DNA from: an uncultured virus (IMG/VR IMGVR_UViG_3300029448_000008)
Taxonomy: Duplodnaviria; Heunggongvirae; Uroviricota; Caudoviricetes
Virus record (IMG/VR): IMGVR_UViG_3300029448_000008
Length of the DNA stretch: 64,000 nt
Reading direction: 5' to 3' (one strand)
The notes under the pieces were generated by a model, which was not told where the DNA came from, made no database searches, and saw only the letters and a program-made list of their open reading frames with translations. The position numbers and the translations under genes are program-made. This document shows, piece after piece, positions 8,723-17,394 of this stretch (positions are counted from its first letter, which is position 1; the number at the start of each line of letters is the position of its first letter).

Positions 8723-10984
8723 TTATTTTTTAGCTGCTGTTCTTTTTTGAACGGCTATCTTTTTTTCTTCTATATCTTTTTTATTTCTTATTTCTTCTTT
8801 TTTAACTTGTAGCTTTTCTCTTTCAAGTTGTACTTTAGCTAAATCTACTTGATCATTTACTCCATTATCATTCATATCTTGATCGATAGCTTTAGATGCA
8901 ACTTTTAATTGTTCTATTTCCATTTTACTATCTCTGTCTTTTTGATTTTCAGATGCTTCAAATTGTCTAGCTGCTTCTTGAGCTTGAGCTTGTTGTTGTA
9001 ATTGTTGTGTTTGCATCTGTTGAGCTTGTTGTTGTTGAGCTTGTTGTATTTCTTTTTCAAGCTTGTCAACTTCTTGTAATTTTGTTTTAATTTGTGCAAA
9101 ATTATTTCCTTCTAGAATTTCTGCAATAGTAGAAGGCTGACTTCCATTCTGAGCAAATGATAATGTTAATTGTTTTAATGCTTGAAGTTTATCTTGTTCA
9201 ATTGAATTGTTTTTAACAAACACACCAAATTCTGCTTCTTGGAACATTCCTGGATCTACATCTAATATAGCTTCTCTATAATCACTAGTTATATATTGAG
9301 TTTTCTTTCCGTCTTTCCAAGCAACTTTTGATGTATCTAGTAAACCATTAAACTCTCTTTCAGTAAATTTATCAAATCTTCTAAACAATTCTTCAGTCAT
9401 AACAGAAGATTGAAATACAGCTCTTTCTGTTGCTCCAATACCATCAGATGCTTGCACTTGTCCTTTTCTTTGTCTAGATATTCCTACAAGCTCTTCCCAT
9501 TCTTGTTTTACAGATTGTAATAATTGAAATTGTGCAGCTATGTATTGACCTAAGCTCATATCTAATACTTGAAACTGATTAAATGAAACTCGTTCTCCTC
9601 TTTTACCTTCTGCAGTAGAGTCTATAAATGCATAACCCATTGCATCAGCATAATACATAAACTTTTCTTCATCCCATCCATGTCTTTTAGGAATAGTGTT
9701 CATTTCCATCAACATTATCTTATCCTTATTTTTAGCAATAGATAATTCTAATCTATAATGGAATATGTTATACAAGATCTGGTAGGGTACGCCCATGGAA
9801 ACTATGGATATTTGATCCGAGTGTCTATTTGAGTAGATTCTTCCGTTGTAGGGGAGCTTACAAATTGAAAGATTAGACATTTCGTTTCTCTGTACTTGAT
9901 GGGGTCTGATGTTGACATATATATCACCATCTATTCTGTACCCTTCCCAAACCTGATTAACCCAAAAATATTCTACATTTTCGTTAGATTCTTTATCTAC
10001 TTTATATGTTTCGTCAACAACCATACTTTGTTCTTGACCCATATCATCGTAATAAGTTAGGATACCTACACGTGAAAACGATTTCCACGTTACATGTAAA
10101 ACTTCTGCAAATCTTTCTGCATCTGTTTCTGGATAGTTAGGACTAAAAGGAGAAACATGACCAGTAGATGTTTTTTGAGATGGATTTTCTAAACGATCTA
10201 TTTCAGAATCTTTTAGTACATCATAAAAATTATCTACGATAGCATTAACGCTCATCATCTTACGTCTTACACACCAATCACCATCTTCTATAAACTGAAC
10301 GTCTGGTGATTTTTCATAATCTATATCTAGAGGAGATACAACTTCATATTCTACATCATCCATGCAAATATCTTTATATGTATACACTTCACCTGATACT
10401 AACCAATCAAAAAACGCAGTTTGTAAATTATCTGGTAATTCTAACTTATCTATTAAATAGTCTAAAGATTGTTGACCCATTATTGCTCGAATGTCTTTGT
10501 AGTTTCCTACAATTTCTTCTTGCATTTGTTGTAGTTGAGGTAATTCTTTAGAATCCATACCTGTTTCTACTCCCATTTCATTTAGATCATTAACAAACTT
10601 TTGTTCTAAGTATTTTCGTAATTCATCTTTAAGCAATTCATCTTGCATGTTTTTCATATCGGAATTACGTACGACTACTTGATGTGAAAAAGGTCTTTTA
10701 GCTTTTTCTCCTAATAATAAATCTATAACTGGTTTAATTATATTGTAACTACGGAGTTTAGCAGGAAATCCTTTTGTTTTATGTTTTTCAGAGTTATAAG
10801 GATTAATTACATAATTATAATCTGCTTCGGATAGGTTACCGTTATAAGCATCATAGAATTTATGCATATGAGATTTATGTTGACTAGAAAACTGAGTTCT
10901 GTCAATATATGCATTCATTGAATTTTTCCCCCAATCTTTAGTTTTCCGACTACGAGGAATCTTTTGCTTCGGAATTCTACTCAT
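8723..10984 (-). CDS. Portal protein
   Basis: 753 aa after the terminase; IPKQKIP..K..W start, YNIIKPVIDLLLGE, WVNQVWEGYRI, GISRQRKGQ motifs and a C-terminal Q-rich coiled coil typical of crAss portals. Confidence 0.9.
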   Translation of the reverse strand: MSRIPKQKIPRSRKTKDWGKNSMNAYIDRTQFSSQHKSHMHKFYDAYNGNLSEADYNYVINPYNSEKHKTKGFPAKLRSYNIIKPVIDLLLGEKAKRPFSHQVVVRNSDMKNMQDELLKDELRKYLEQKFVNDLNEMGVETGMDSKELPQLQQMQEEIVGNYKDIRAIMGQQSLDYLIDKLELPDNLQTAFFDWLVSGEVYTYKDICMDDVEYEVVSPLDIDYEKSPDVQFIEDGDWCVRRKMMSVNAIVDNFYDVLKDSEIDRLENPSQKTSTGHVSPFSPNYPETDAERFAEVLHVTWKSFSRVGILTYYDDMGQEQSMVVDETYKVDKESNENVEYFWVNQVWEGYRIDGDIYVNIRPHQVQRNEMSNLSICKLPYNGRIYSNRHSDQISIVSMGVPYQILYNIFHYRLELSIAKNKDKIMLMEMNTIPKRHGWDEEKFMYYADAMGYAFIDSTAEGKRGERVSFNQFQVLDMSLGQYIAAQFQLLQSVKQEWEELVGISRQRKGQVQASDGIGATERAVFQSSVMTEELFRRFDKFTEREFNGLLDTSKVAWKDGKKTQYITSDYREAILDVDPGMFQEAEFGVFVKNNSIEQDKLQALKQLTLSFAQNGSQPSTIAEILEGNNFAQIKTKLQEVDKLEKEIQQAQQQQAQQMQTQQLQQQAQAQEAARQFEASENQKDRDSKMEIEQLKVASKAIDQDMNDNGVNDQVDLAKVQLEREKLQVKKEEIRNKKDIEEKKIAVQKRTAAKK

Positions 10985-10993
10985 AGCTACAAA

Positions 10994-12952
10994 TTACTGA
11001 AAAAATCTTCTATTAAAAAACGAATTATCAGATTCTTCATAATTAGCTTCTATCTCCTTATTATAGAGATCTTTCATATGAAACATTCCTACAAGAAGAG
11101 CAGAAACACGGTCAAAATTGCCTTTTGTGTTGTATTTTATTAATTCATCTATTAAAGCAATGTCATAAATATAATGTAAATTTAGTTTTCTGTCACCATC
11201 TTCTTGTGTTCCTCTTGGTGTTCTTAACCAGTCACGTAAATATATTTCTGCCTGATTCTTTCTATGACTAGATCCCATAGATGTACCATAAGTTCTATTT
11301 AATCTACGTATACGCACACCATCTGTTTTATCAAACAATTCTGCTTCTGGTAATAAATAATTTAAAAGTCTATGTCTTTTAGCATAAGGTATTACTTCAC
11401 CTCTGTCATTTTCAAATCCTATTTGTGCATTATAATATTTAGCTAGTAAAAATAAATTATAATTGTACTCATCTTGAGTTTCAGGTCTACCAACATATGA
11501 TGCTACGATCATATCATCAGGTTTAGAAAAATTATTTATTCTTTTTATAACATAAGCAGCTCCTAATGAAGCACCATAACCATCACTTGCATAAGGGTCA
11601 TGTACTATAAAATATAAATCGTCTGGTATTTTTTCTTGTTTAAATGAGGGTGCTTGATACATGATTATACATCCACGTACATCATCTGATTTATTATGAG
11701 GAAATTTTAAAACAGGTCTTACTTTATCACTAGGTTTAAATTGTATACCTGTTGATGTTTCTACTAATATCCCATTAACTGCCATTTTTTTATCTAATCC
11801 TGTTCTCATTAATTCATTACGCCATGATACTAATGCAGCTCCAGGAAACATATTACCTCTTTGTTGTAAAAACGCTTCTCTAGGCATCCAAGGATATTCT
11901 GTTATATATTTATCTAAAGTACTTGCATCTTTAGCTTCTTTTTTTAGTTGATCTCTTTTAGCATCTTCTTCTTTTTTTGCTTGATCTCCTAAAGAGTTAC
12001 CATCTTTGTCCATGTAACCTATTTTATTTTGAAATGACGGAAAGAAAAAACCACAAGTAGATCCTGTAGATCCTTCATCCCATATATTATCAAATGGATA
12101 TAGATCGTAAGCTTCTGGATTATAAAACATAGATTCAAAGTCAATTGTTCCTCCTTCCATGTCACCACCAGTACCAAACAAAACTATTTGACCAGTAACA
12201 ATACCACCATCTTCAACACAAGGACGTGTTGCTAAATACGATGCTTTTAAATTATCGAATGCACCACACTCTTCAAATATAACTAGTGATGCATCTTTAC
12301 CTCTTGCAGCATCTGGGTTATCTTTAAAAGTAATAGCTTCTACTTCTGATTTATATCCTTTTTCAATTGCTTGTTTATTAATATATTGTAGATAACTAGC
12401 TCTTTTATGATTAATTTTATCAACAACCTGTCTTCTTTTCTGCCAGCCTGTGTGTTCATTAAGAAAATTCATGTAATCAGTTACCATTGTCATAATTCCT
12501 TTTGGATATAGGTATTTTTTATCATGAGCACATAGTAAAGTGTAAGAATTTCGTCTAGTATTAAACAAATTAGCAGCTATGGCAGCATTTTTGTAACTAA
12601 ATCCTTTACGCCTAGCTTTTGCTACAATTAAATGTTTGCCTTGTTCTGCAGATTTTTCTAATGCATGAAAGTATTCGTAGTCACCGTCCCAAAAGTTAGG
12701 AAAGGACACTGTTTTAAGACCGGCTTTACGTTCTTCAGTAGCTTCGGTTAGTTTAATTCTACAAAAATTTAGATAAAAGTAATGATGTCCTGTAATTCTG
12801 GTGTCTCCTACAATGTATCCTTCTGTACATCGTCTTAATTGCTCTGACCAGTACTCATAGTAAGGTGCACTTCCTACAGCATCTCCACAATATACTCCCT
12901 CTTTTATAAATTTTGTAGCTGTTTCGCTAAAAGCCCTTGTGTTTACTAGCAT
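10994..12952 (-). CDS. terL: Terminase large subunit
   Basis: ITGHHYFYLNF, Walker A KARRKGFSY, Walker B IFEECG, FGTGG, nuclease HDPY and NFDRVSAL motifs. Confidence 0.95.
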   Translation of the reverse strand: MLVNTRAFSETATKFIKEGVYCGDAVGSAPYYEYWSEQLRRCTEGYIVGDTRITGHHYFYLNFCRIKLTEATEERKAGLKTVSFPNFWDGDYEYFHALEKSAEQGKHLIVAKARRKGFSYKNAAIAANLFNTRRNSYTLLCAHDKKYLYPKGIMTMVTDYMNFLNEHTGWQKRRQVVDKINHKRASYLQYINKQAIEKGYKSEVEAITFKDNPDAARGKDASLVIFEECGAFDNLKASYLATRPCVEDGGIVTGQIVLFGTGGDMEGGTIDFESMFYNPEAYDLYPFDNIWDEGSTGSTCGFFFPSFQNKIGYMDKDGNSLGDQAKKEEDAKRDQLKKEAKDASTLDKYITEYPWMPREAFLQQRGNMFPGAALVSWRNELMRTGLDKKMAVNGILVETSTGIQFKPSDKVRPVLKFPHNKSDDVRGCIIMYQAPSFKQEKIPDDLYFIVHDPYASDGYGASLGAAYVIKRINNFSKPDDMIVASYVGRPETQDEYNYNLFLLAKYYNAQIGFENDRGEVIPYAKRHRLLNYLLPEAELFDKTDGVRIRRLNRTYGTSMGSSHRKNQAEIYLRDWLRTPRGTQEDGDRKLNLHYIYDIALIDELIKYNTKGNFDRVSALLVGMFHMKDLYNKEIEANYEESDNSFFNRRFFQ

Positions 12953-12953
12953 A

Positions 12954-13343
12954 TTATTTTTCTAATCTCTCTGAACGAGTATAATCTTTTTTAACTACTT
13001 CTACTTGACCGTCTTTATTTACTCTAGATATAACTAAATAAAAACTTTGACCATTCTCATATTGATGGTGACAATATGCTTTTAATCCTTTTAGATCGTT
13101 TTCTTTTTCTATTGTTCCACTAAAGTTTTTACCCTCATCGTTTTCATATACAAAATGTGCGGCTCCATATGGTACAAACTCCCCTCCTGTTTCGTTATTA
13201 TTATAATCTACATGAGTAGTACGTCCGCATTGCGGACAAAATTTTTCAAATTCTACCCCATCAGCTTTTATCTCTGTGATTCTTAATTTATGACCACAGA
13301 CACATTTTAACTTAGAGTTTGTATTAAATTTTATCTTTGCCAT
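12954..13343 (-). CDS. Zn-ribbon hypothetical protein
   Basis: CVCG...CPQCG cysteine pairs. Confidence 0.55.
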   Translation of the reverse strand: MAKIKFNTNSKLKCVCGHKLRITEIKADGVEFEKFCPQCGRTTHVDYNNNETGGEFVPYGAAHFVYENDEGKNFSGTIEKENDLKGLKAYCHHQYENGQSFYLVISRVNKDGQVEVVKKDYTRSERLEK

Positions 13344-13915
13344 TAGTCTTCAAACATTCCTTTAGTTCCACCACCACGAATTTGTGCTTCATTTGCTTGT
13401 TCTTTCTTAACTTTTTCTTCTAATGAGTTTATTGTATCTATAGCTTTTGGTATTTCTGATGATACTTGCAATAGTTTAGTTACATCTTTCATTATAGATC
13501 CAACATCTCTATCTTCATCACTATCAACAAGTTCTAAAGATGTAGATATCTGTTCATTAAGAGCATCAATAACTTTTGCGGATGTAAGTAACCCTTCTTT
13601 AATTGCTTTTAAATTAGTTATGGCAGGAGTACGCTGCAACTCATTGTACTTATCCATCCCATCGAGTACGAATTGGGTGATTGGACATTTATCGTCAATG
13701 TGTAAGTCTTTGAGCAATCTTTGTTTTCTTTCTCCTTCTGGGTATATAGAATAGGGAGATCTGTAGTCGCACATGAAGTAAATGTAGGATAAGTGCTTGT
13801 ACGCGTTTCGTTTTTTTCTGTCTTTGTCATTAGTTATAATTTTTTTAAACTCCGGTATTAGTTTAGCTTCCGGATTTATTACTACTTGAAAATTGTCTTC
13901 TTTGAAAAGCTTCAT
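13343..13915 (-). CDS. Conserved crAss-like protein upstream of terminase (possible terminase small subunit)
   Basis: YIYFMCDYRSPY motif, helical C-terminus ending IRGGGTKGMFED; position near terL. Confidence 0.5.
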   Translation of the reverse strand: MKLFKEDNFQVVINPEAKLIPEFKKIITNDKDRKKRNAYKHLSYIYFMCDYRSPYSIYPEGERKQRLLKDLHIDDKCPITQFVLDGMDKYNELQRTPAITNLKAIKEGLLTSAKVIDALNEQISTSLELVDSDEDRDVGSIMKDVTKLLQVSSEIPKAIDTINSLEEKVKKEQANEAQIRGGGTKGMFED

Positions 13916-14117
13916 CGTTTAATTTTTTTAGTCTATTTGGATTTACATGGAATCTTCCAAAATATGAAAGTCTTATGCTTTCAAAAGCTCCTCTTTTCAT
14001 AATTTTTTCTAAGTATTCAAACTGGGATTCACAAATTTGTTCTATTTCCTGTAAATCTCCTCCCATTTCATCCTGTATCTCTTTATAAATTTCTTGTTTT
14101 AATTTGTTTTTTGCCAT
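13863..14117 (-). CDS. HU/IHF-like DNA-binding protein
   Basis: Two helices followed by SIRLSYFGRFHV, resembling the HU V.L.GFG.F motif; IHF-like genes are conserved in crAss-like phages. Confidence 0.65.
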   Translation of the reverse strand: MAKNKLKQEIYKEIQDEMGGDLQEIEQICESQFEYLEKIMKRGAFESIRLSYFGRFHVNPNRLKKLNDEAFQRRQFSSSNKSGS

Positions 14118-14164
14118 TATTTACTATGTATTCTATTTCTTTTAATAAAGTTACTAAATTATTT

Positions 14165-14560
14165 TTACTCGTTTACTTTGAAAGTTTTCTTTTTACCTCC
14201 TTCATAGTAATAAGCATGTCCTTCCTGTATCAATGTCTCATTAATACTCATTTTTGTCTCATCTTTATCCATAATATGAATTTCTCCAAGCACTCTACCA
14301 TATTTTCCTGTCCCATGAGACACAAGCCTAAAATACTTAGGTTTGTTAGAAACTTTTGTTAATAGTTCTTTATTTCTTGCTTTAGCTGCTAATCCTTTTT
14401 TCTTTTCGTCTAGATTTCTAGTTCTACTTTCCCATGTATCTATTCCTTTATATCTAATTCTTCTTTTAACCCATGTATCAAAGCCAAGATCAATCATTGC
14501 ATCAATAGTATCACCATCAACAACTCTTAATAACTTACCTCTGTATATATATTTATCCAT
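14165..14560 (-). CDS. Thermonuclease (SNase-like)
   Basis: RVVDGDTID, RIRYKGIDTWE, GKYGRVLGEI and INETLIQEGHA motifs. Confidence 0.9.
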   Translation of the reverse strand: MDKYIYRGKLLRVVDGDTIDAMIDLGFDTWVKRRIRYKGIDTWESRTRNLDEKKKGLAAKARNKELLTKVSNKPKYFRLVSHGTGKYGRVLGEIHIMDKDETKMSINETLIQEGHAYYYEGGKKKTFKVNE

Positions 14561-14715
14561 TATAATTTATATAAAAGTTTTCCTCCCATTTCTTTTGCTA
14601 TAATCTCTGCATCTCTTTCAGATGCTGTAGATATAATTATTTTTTTAGGTTGGGAAACTTTCCATGTACTAATTACGTACTTAACGACCTTGCCCTCTGT
14701 ATTTTGTCCCGGCAT
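14560..14715 (-). CDS. Small hypothetical protein (51 aa)
   Basis: Manually translated MPGQNTEGKVVKYVISTWKV...LLYKL; its stop overlaps the thermonuclease start (TAATG). Confidence 0.4.
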   Translation of the reverse strand: MPGQNTEGKVVKYVISTWKVSQPKKIIISTASERDAEIIAKEMGGKLLYKL

Positions 14716-14821
14716 AATATTTTCCATTTTTTTGATTAGTGCTTCTATTTTTAGAATGGACCCCTGGTCTTTTCTTTCTAATTTTTTTGTAATATATCGC
14801 TAGTTTAAGTTTTGCTGCCAT
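14681..14821 (-). CDS. Small basic protein (46 aa)
   Basis: Manually translated MAAKLKLAIYYKKIRKKRPGVHSKNRSTNQKNGKYYAGTKYRGQGR; the KKRPG.HSK...YRGQGR pattern is recurrent in aquatic phages. Confidence 0.6.
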   Translation of the reverse strand: MAAKLKLAIYYKKIRKKRPGVHSKNRSTNQKNGKYYAGTKYRGQGR

Positions 14822-15011
14822 AAAAATCTATATAATCTTGTGGATTCATCCACATTCTTACAGTATAAGTATCTTCTTCTTCTATTTCTGCAAGTATATC
14901 ATGTTCAAATTGCATTCCTTTTATAACAAACTGTTTATTTTGGAAATTTAAAAACTCAAACACATTTTCTAATCCAACAATACGTACATCAATGAAATAA
15001 TCATAACCCAT
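14805..15011 (-). CDS. Hypothetical protein
   Basis: ORF in a tightly overlapping gene string; likely start MGYDYF at 15011. Confidence 0.5.
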   Translation of the reverse strand: MGYDYFIDVRIVGLENVFEFLNFQNKQFVIKGMQFEHDILAEIEEEDTYTVRMWMNPQDYIDFYGSKT

Positions 15012-15342
15012 CTGTGGTTTTAAATTCAAAAGTTAAAACTTTATTTGCTTTATAATTATAAACTAATGGATGAAACGTGTAACGTATTTTTTTATTAGGA
15101 TCATATAGCAAGACATTTTTATCTTTTAAACTTTTAATAGAATTATTTAAAACTGCTCTGCTCCATTTAAGTTGTTTAGCAGCTTCTAGTCTATTATCTT
15201 TAGAACAAGGATTATCTATATCTAATTTAAGAAATACCTCACAAACTTTAATTTCGGTTTGTGTTAGTTTTAATATTCCGTTTATAGTGTTTAAATAATC
15301 TCTAAGGAACCTATCTTTATAAGTTGGTATTTGTACTTTCAT
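15001..15342 (-). CDS. Winged-helix DNA-binding protein
   Basis: LTQTEIKV...RLEAAKQLKWSRAVLNNSIKSLKDKNVL is a MarR/wHTH-like pattern. Confidence 0.65.
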   Translation of the reverse strand: MKVQIPTYKDRFLRDYLNTINGILKLTQTEIKVCEVFLKLDIDNPCSKDNRLEAAKQLKWSRAVLNNSIKSLKDKNVLLYDPNKKIRYTFHPLVYNYKANKVLTFEFKTTDGL

Positions 15343-15616
15343 TATACTTAATTACTTTTTCTATTTTTCTAGAGAGTCTTTTTGCAACCAACTGTCTTAC
15401 ATTCTTTAATAACAGTATGATGCATTGGTTCTCTGCACTAAAATTCTTTTTTTGTAAGCTATAAAATCTATCTATAAGAATATTTATAACTTCTTCATTG
15501 GTAGTTCCGTCTTGAAACTTACCATCCTTTTTTTCGGTAAACTTGATAGTTTGAGATTTTGTATTGTCTGCGAAGTCTGTCGCTTTATACTCTACTCCTG
15601 ATTTTACTACATCCAT
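15317..15616 (-). CDS. Tad1/Acb2-like helical-hairpin protein (candidate anti-defence sponge)
   Basis: GTTNEEVINILIDR...LQKKNFSAENQCII..L...KR aligns by eye with the Tad1-family pattern G..NE.L.....R...FQ...F...EN..A...L...KR. Confidence 0.6.
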   Translation of the reverse strand: MDVVKSGVEYKATDFADNTKSQTIKFTEKKDGKFQDGTTNEEVINILIDRFYSLQKKNFSAENQCIILLLKNVRQLVAKRLSRKIEKVIKYNESTNTNL

Positions 15617-15720
15617 TATTTATTGATTTAATAATTCTTTATTGTATTCTACCCTAAATGTATGGTAAAATAGTATGAAATAAAAGAACTATAAATCTAT
15701 AAGACTATTATAGAGACTTT

Positions 15721-15996
15721 TTACGCAGGATGTCCTTTATATTTTCTTATAAAGTTACCGTCTGTGTTTTTCATTACACTAATGTAGAACTCGGGATCGA
15801 GTTCAAAAATTTTCTGTGCCATTTGCACCCATTTCTTTTGAACTTGTTCTTTAGTCCCAAGATCTAACGGTGTGTTAGTTCCTAAGTTAGCACAGTAGGT
15901 AGCATTCATTTCTAGAATACCGTCTATTTTTTTTCGTACCCTTTTATTGGTGTAATACTTCGATCTTATCCTCATTCTTTTTATTTCCTTTTTCAT
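15721..15996 (-). CDS. Hypothetical protein
   Basis: Open frame; SKYYTNKRVRKKID...NA...NLG...W...LDPEFY pattern; the true start may be MRIRSKYY. Confidence 0.55.
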   Translation of the reverse strand: MKKEIKRMRIRSKYYTNKRVRKKIDGILEMNATYCANLGTNTPLDLGTKEQVQKKWVQMAQKIFELDPEFYISVMKNTDGNFIRKYKGHPA

Positions 15997-16108
15997 AAAC
16001 TACAAAGCCTTGGTCCTTTAATTTCTTTATCCATTTCTTTGTTTCGTTTATTTCTTTTCTACAGTGATCAAAGATTTGATTTTCTATTACATTGTGATTT
16101 GAATTCAT
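15944..16108 (-). CDS. Small hypothetical protein (54 aa), first gene of the leftward block
   Basis: Manually translated MNSNHNVIENQIFDHCRKEINETKKWIKKLKDQGFVVYEK...; AT-rich leader; overlaps the next gene. Confidence 0.5.
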   Translation of the reverse strand: MNSNHNVIENQIFDHCRKEINETKKWIKKLKDQGFVVYEKGNKKNEDKIEVLHQ

Positions 16109-16523
16109 AATATATGTATTAATTATATGTAAATATACAAAGTCTCTATAAAAAATACAAAAAAAATTTTTTGCATACTTATGTAAATAAGATTTTTATT
16201 TGTATCATTGATGCTCTAGTCGCAAATCTAGTTAAGTTGCTACACTTCAGATACACCAACTGTTGGATCGGGCAAATTAAGACATCTGAGAAAAGCGATA
16301 TTATCCTTTGTACCTTTCGAGCACCCAAATATCATACTTACTCACGTGCATTTTTCTAAAATTTAAAGGTTCTGGGGGGTGCTAAAGCAAAAAAAGCGCC
16401 CTTATACATAAAGTATCTAAAGGTGTCGATGTATAGACCACCTATTGTAAACCTCCCCCGCTAAACATTGCGGTGTAACTACCCCCGCTAATAAGTGGTA
16501 GTCTAATTAAAAATCGTAATACA
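16109..16523. promoter_or_regulatory. Divergent control region between late (minus) and early (plus) blocks
   Basis: The coding strand switches here; about 400 bp lack a credible gene; GC-rich hairpins and a CCCCCGCTAA direct repeat at 16455 and 16482. Confidence 0.6.
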
Positions 16524-16775
16524 ATGAAAAAGTTATTAGAATATCTGCAAGAAGCAGGTGCAAAGTTTGTTAGAAAGGTCTCTGGACCTAATGGTGCATT
16601 CATCTCATATACCACAGAATCGTGGGATAATAGTGATAGCATCTTTACATTACCAGTAGGTAAGCGTTCTCAGAATGGTAGTATCAAGGAGTATAATGTC
16701 TTGATAACCGATGAAGGACAGGCAATAGCTACTGTAAATGAGTACGAGACTGTCGAAGAGTTGGCAGTTGCATAG
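16524..16775 (+). CDS. Hypothetical early protein
   Basis: First plus-strand ORF, AT-rich leader, followed by a terminator. Confidence 0.7.
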   Translation: MKKLLEYLQEAGAKFVRKVSGPNGAFISYTTESWDNSDSIFTLPVGKRSQNGSIKEYNVLITDEGQAIATVNEYETVEELAVA

Positions 16776-16779
16776 AGTT

Positions 16780-16802
16780 AGGGGAGAGTCACATCTCCCT
16801 TT
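16780..16802 (+). terminator. Intrinsic terminator
   Basis: GGGAGA-GTCACA-TCTCCC hairpin followed by TTT just after the stop codon. Confidence 0.6.
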
Positions 16803-16984
16803 ACCTAGTGTAACCCTCAACAAGTTAATTCAGGTGTGTTTATGACAACCAGGTCTCTCACCCCACAATTCACCACTATTTACCACCTATGTTATATAGG
16901 TATATTATAGTATATAGACTTAATGTAAGCAAGTCTACGAGTAAAGGCTTACAATAATCCAAACCATTTAATAGTATTTATACA

Positions 16985-17194
16985 ATGAAAACAGTAAAAA
17001 CATTAATAAATAACATTTATTACATCTTAATATTAGAAATAGTACAAGATATTAATAAGAGTTATAAGAACAGAGTAGTTAGATATGTCTTGACTACTTG
17101 GATATTAGGTCTTATGTGTATGGCAGTAATAGGTATAGTGTATATGATATACATGATATTCTTTTCCGATCAGATCATAAGTATGGCATTTTAA
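16985..17194 (+). CDS. Small membrane protein
   Basis: Long hydrophobic C-terminal segment YVLTTWILGLMCMAVIGIVYMIYMIFF. Confidence 0.55.
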   Translation: MKTVKTLINNIYYILILEIVQDINKSYKNRVVRYVLTTWILGLMCMAVIGIVYMIYMIFFSDQIISMAF

Positions 17195-17351
17195 ATTATA
17201 GATAGAGAATCCTGGGTTGTTTAGTTACATCGGACGGTAATTTATTACCTACCAGGCTCTATCTTTTAAATTATAGATAGAGTGTGTATTTCAGTATAAT
17301 CCATGCATGTAAAGGCACCGATTATGTGTTTATCATACCACTCTATCTTTT
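17189..17351 (+). repeat. Tandem stem-loop units sharing AGATAGAG/CTCTATCT closing stems
   Basis: TTTTAAATTATAGATAGAG occurs exactly at 17189 and 17264; CTCTATCTTTTA at 17257 and 17341; the interiors differ. Confidence 0.85.
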
Positions 17352-17394
17352 ATATCAATTAAGTTAAATCAATAGTAATTAAATCAACAAAGTT

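Noticed and set aside
8960..9060. CAA/GCT-rich tandem-like repeats in the portal gene
   Set aside because: They simply encode the Q/A-rich coiled coil.
16171..16642. ORFs 16171..16359 (+) and 16442..16642 (-)
   Set aside because: Weak starts and no protein-like features; the second overlaps a better plus-strand gene; the region looks regulatory.
17189..17351. Canonical CRISPR array
   Set aside because: Only one full palindromic repeat plus two halves, spacers of unequal length that are self-structured, and no cas genes. Kept as a structured-repeat finding instead.
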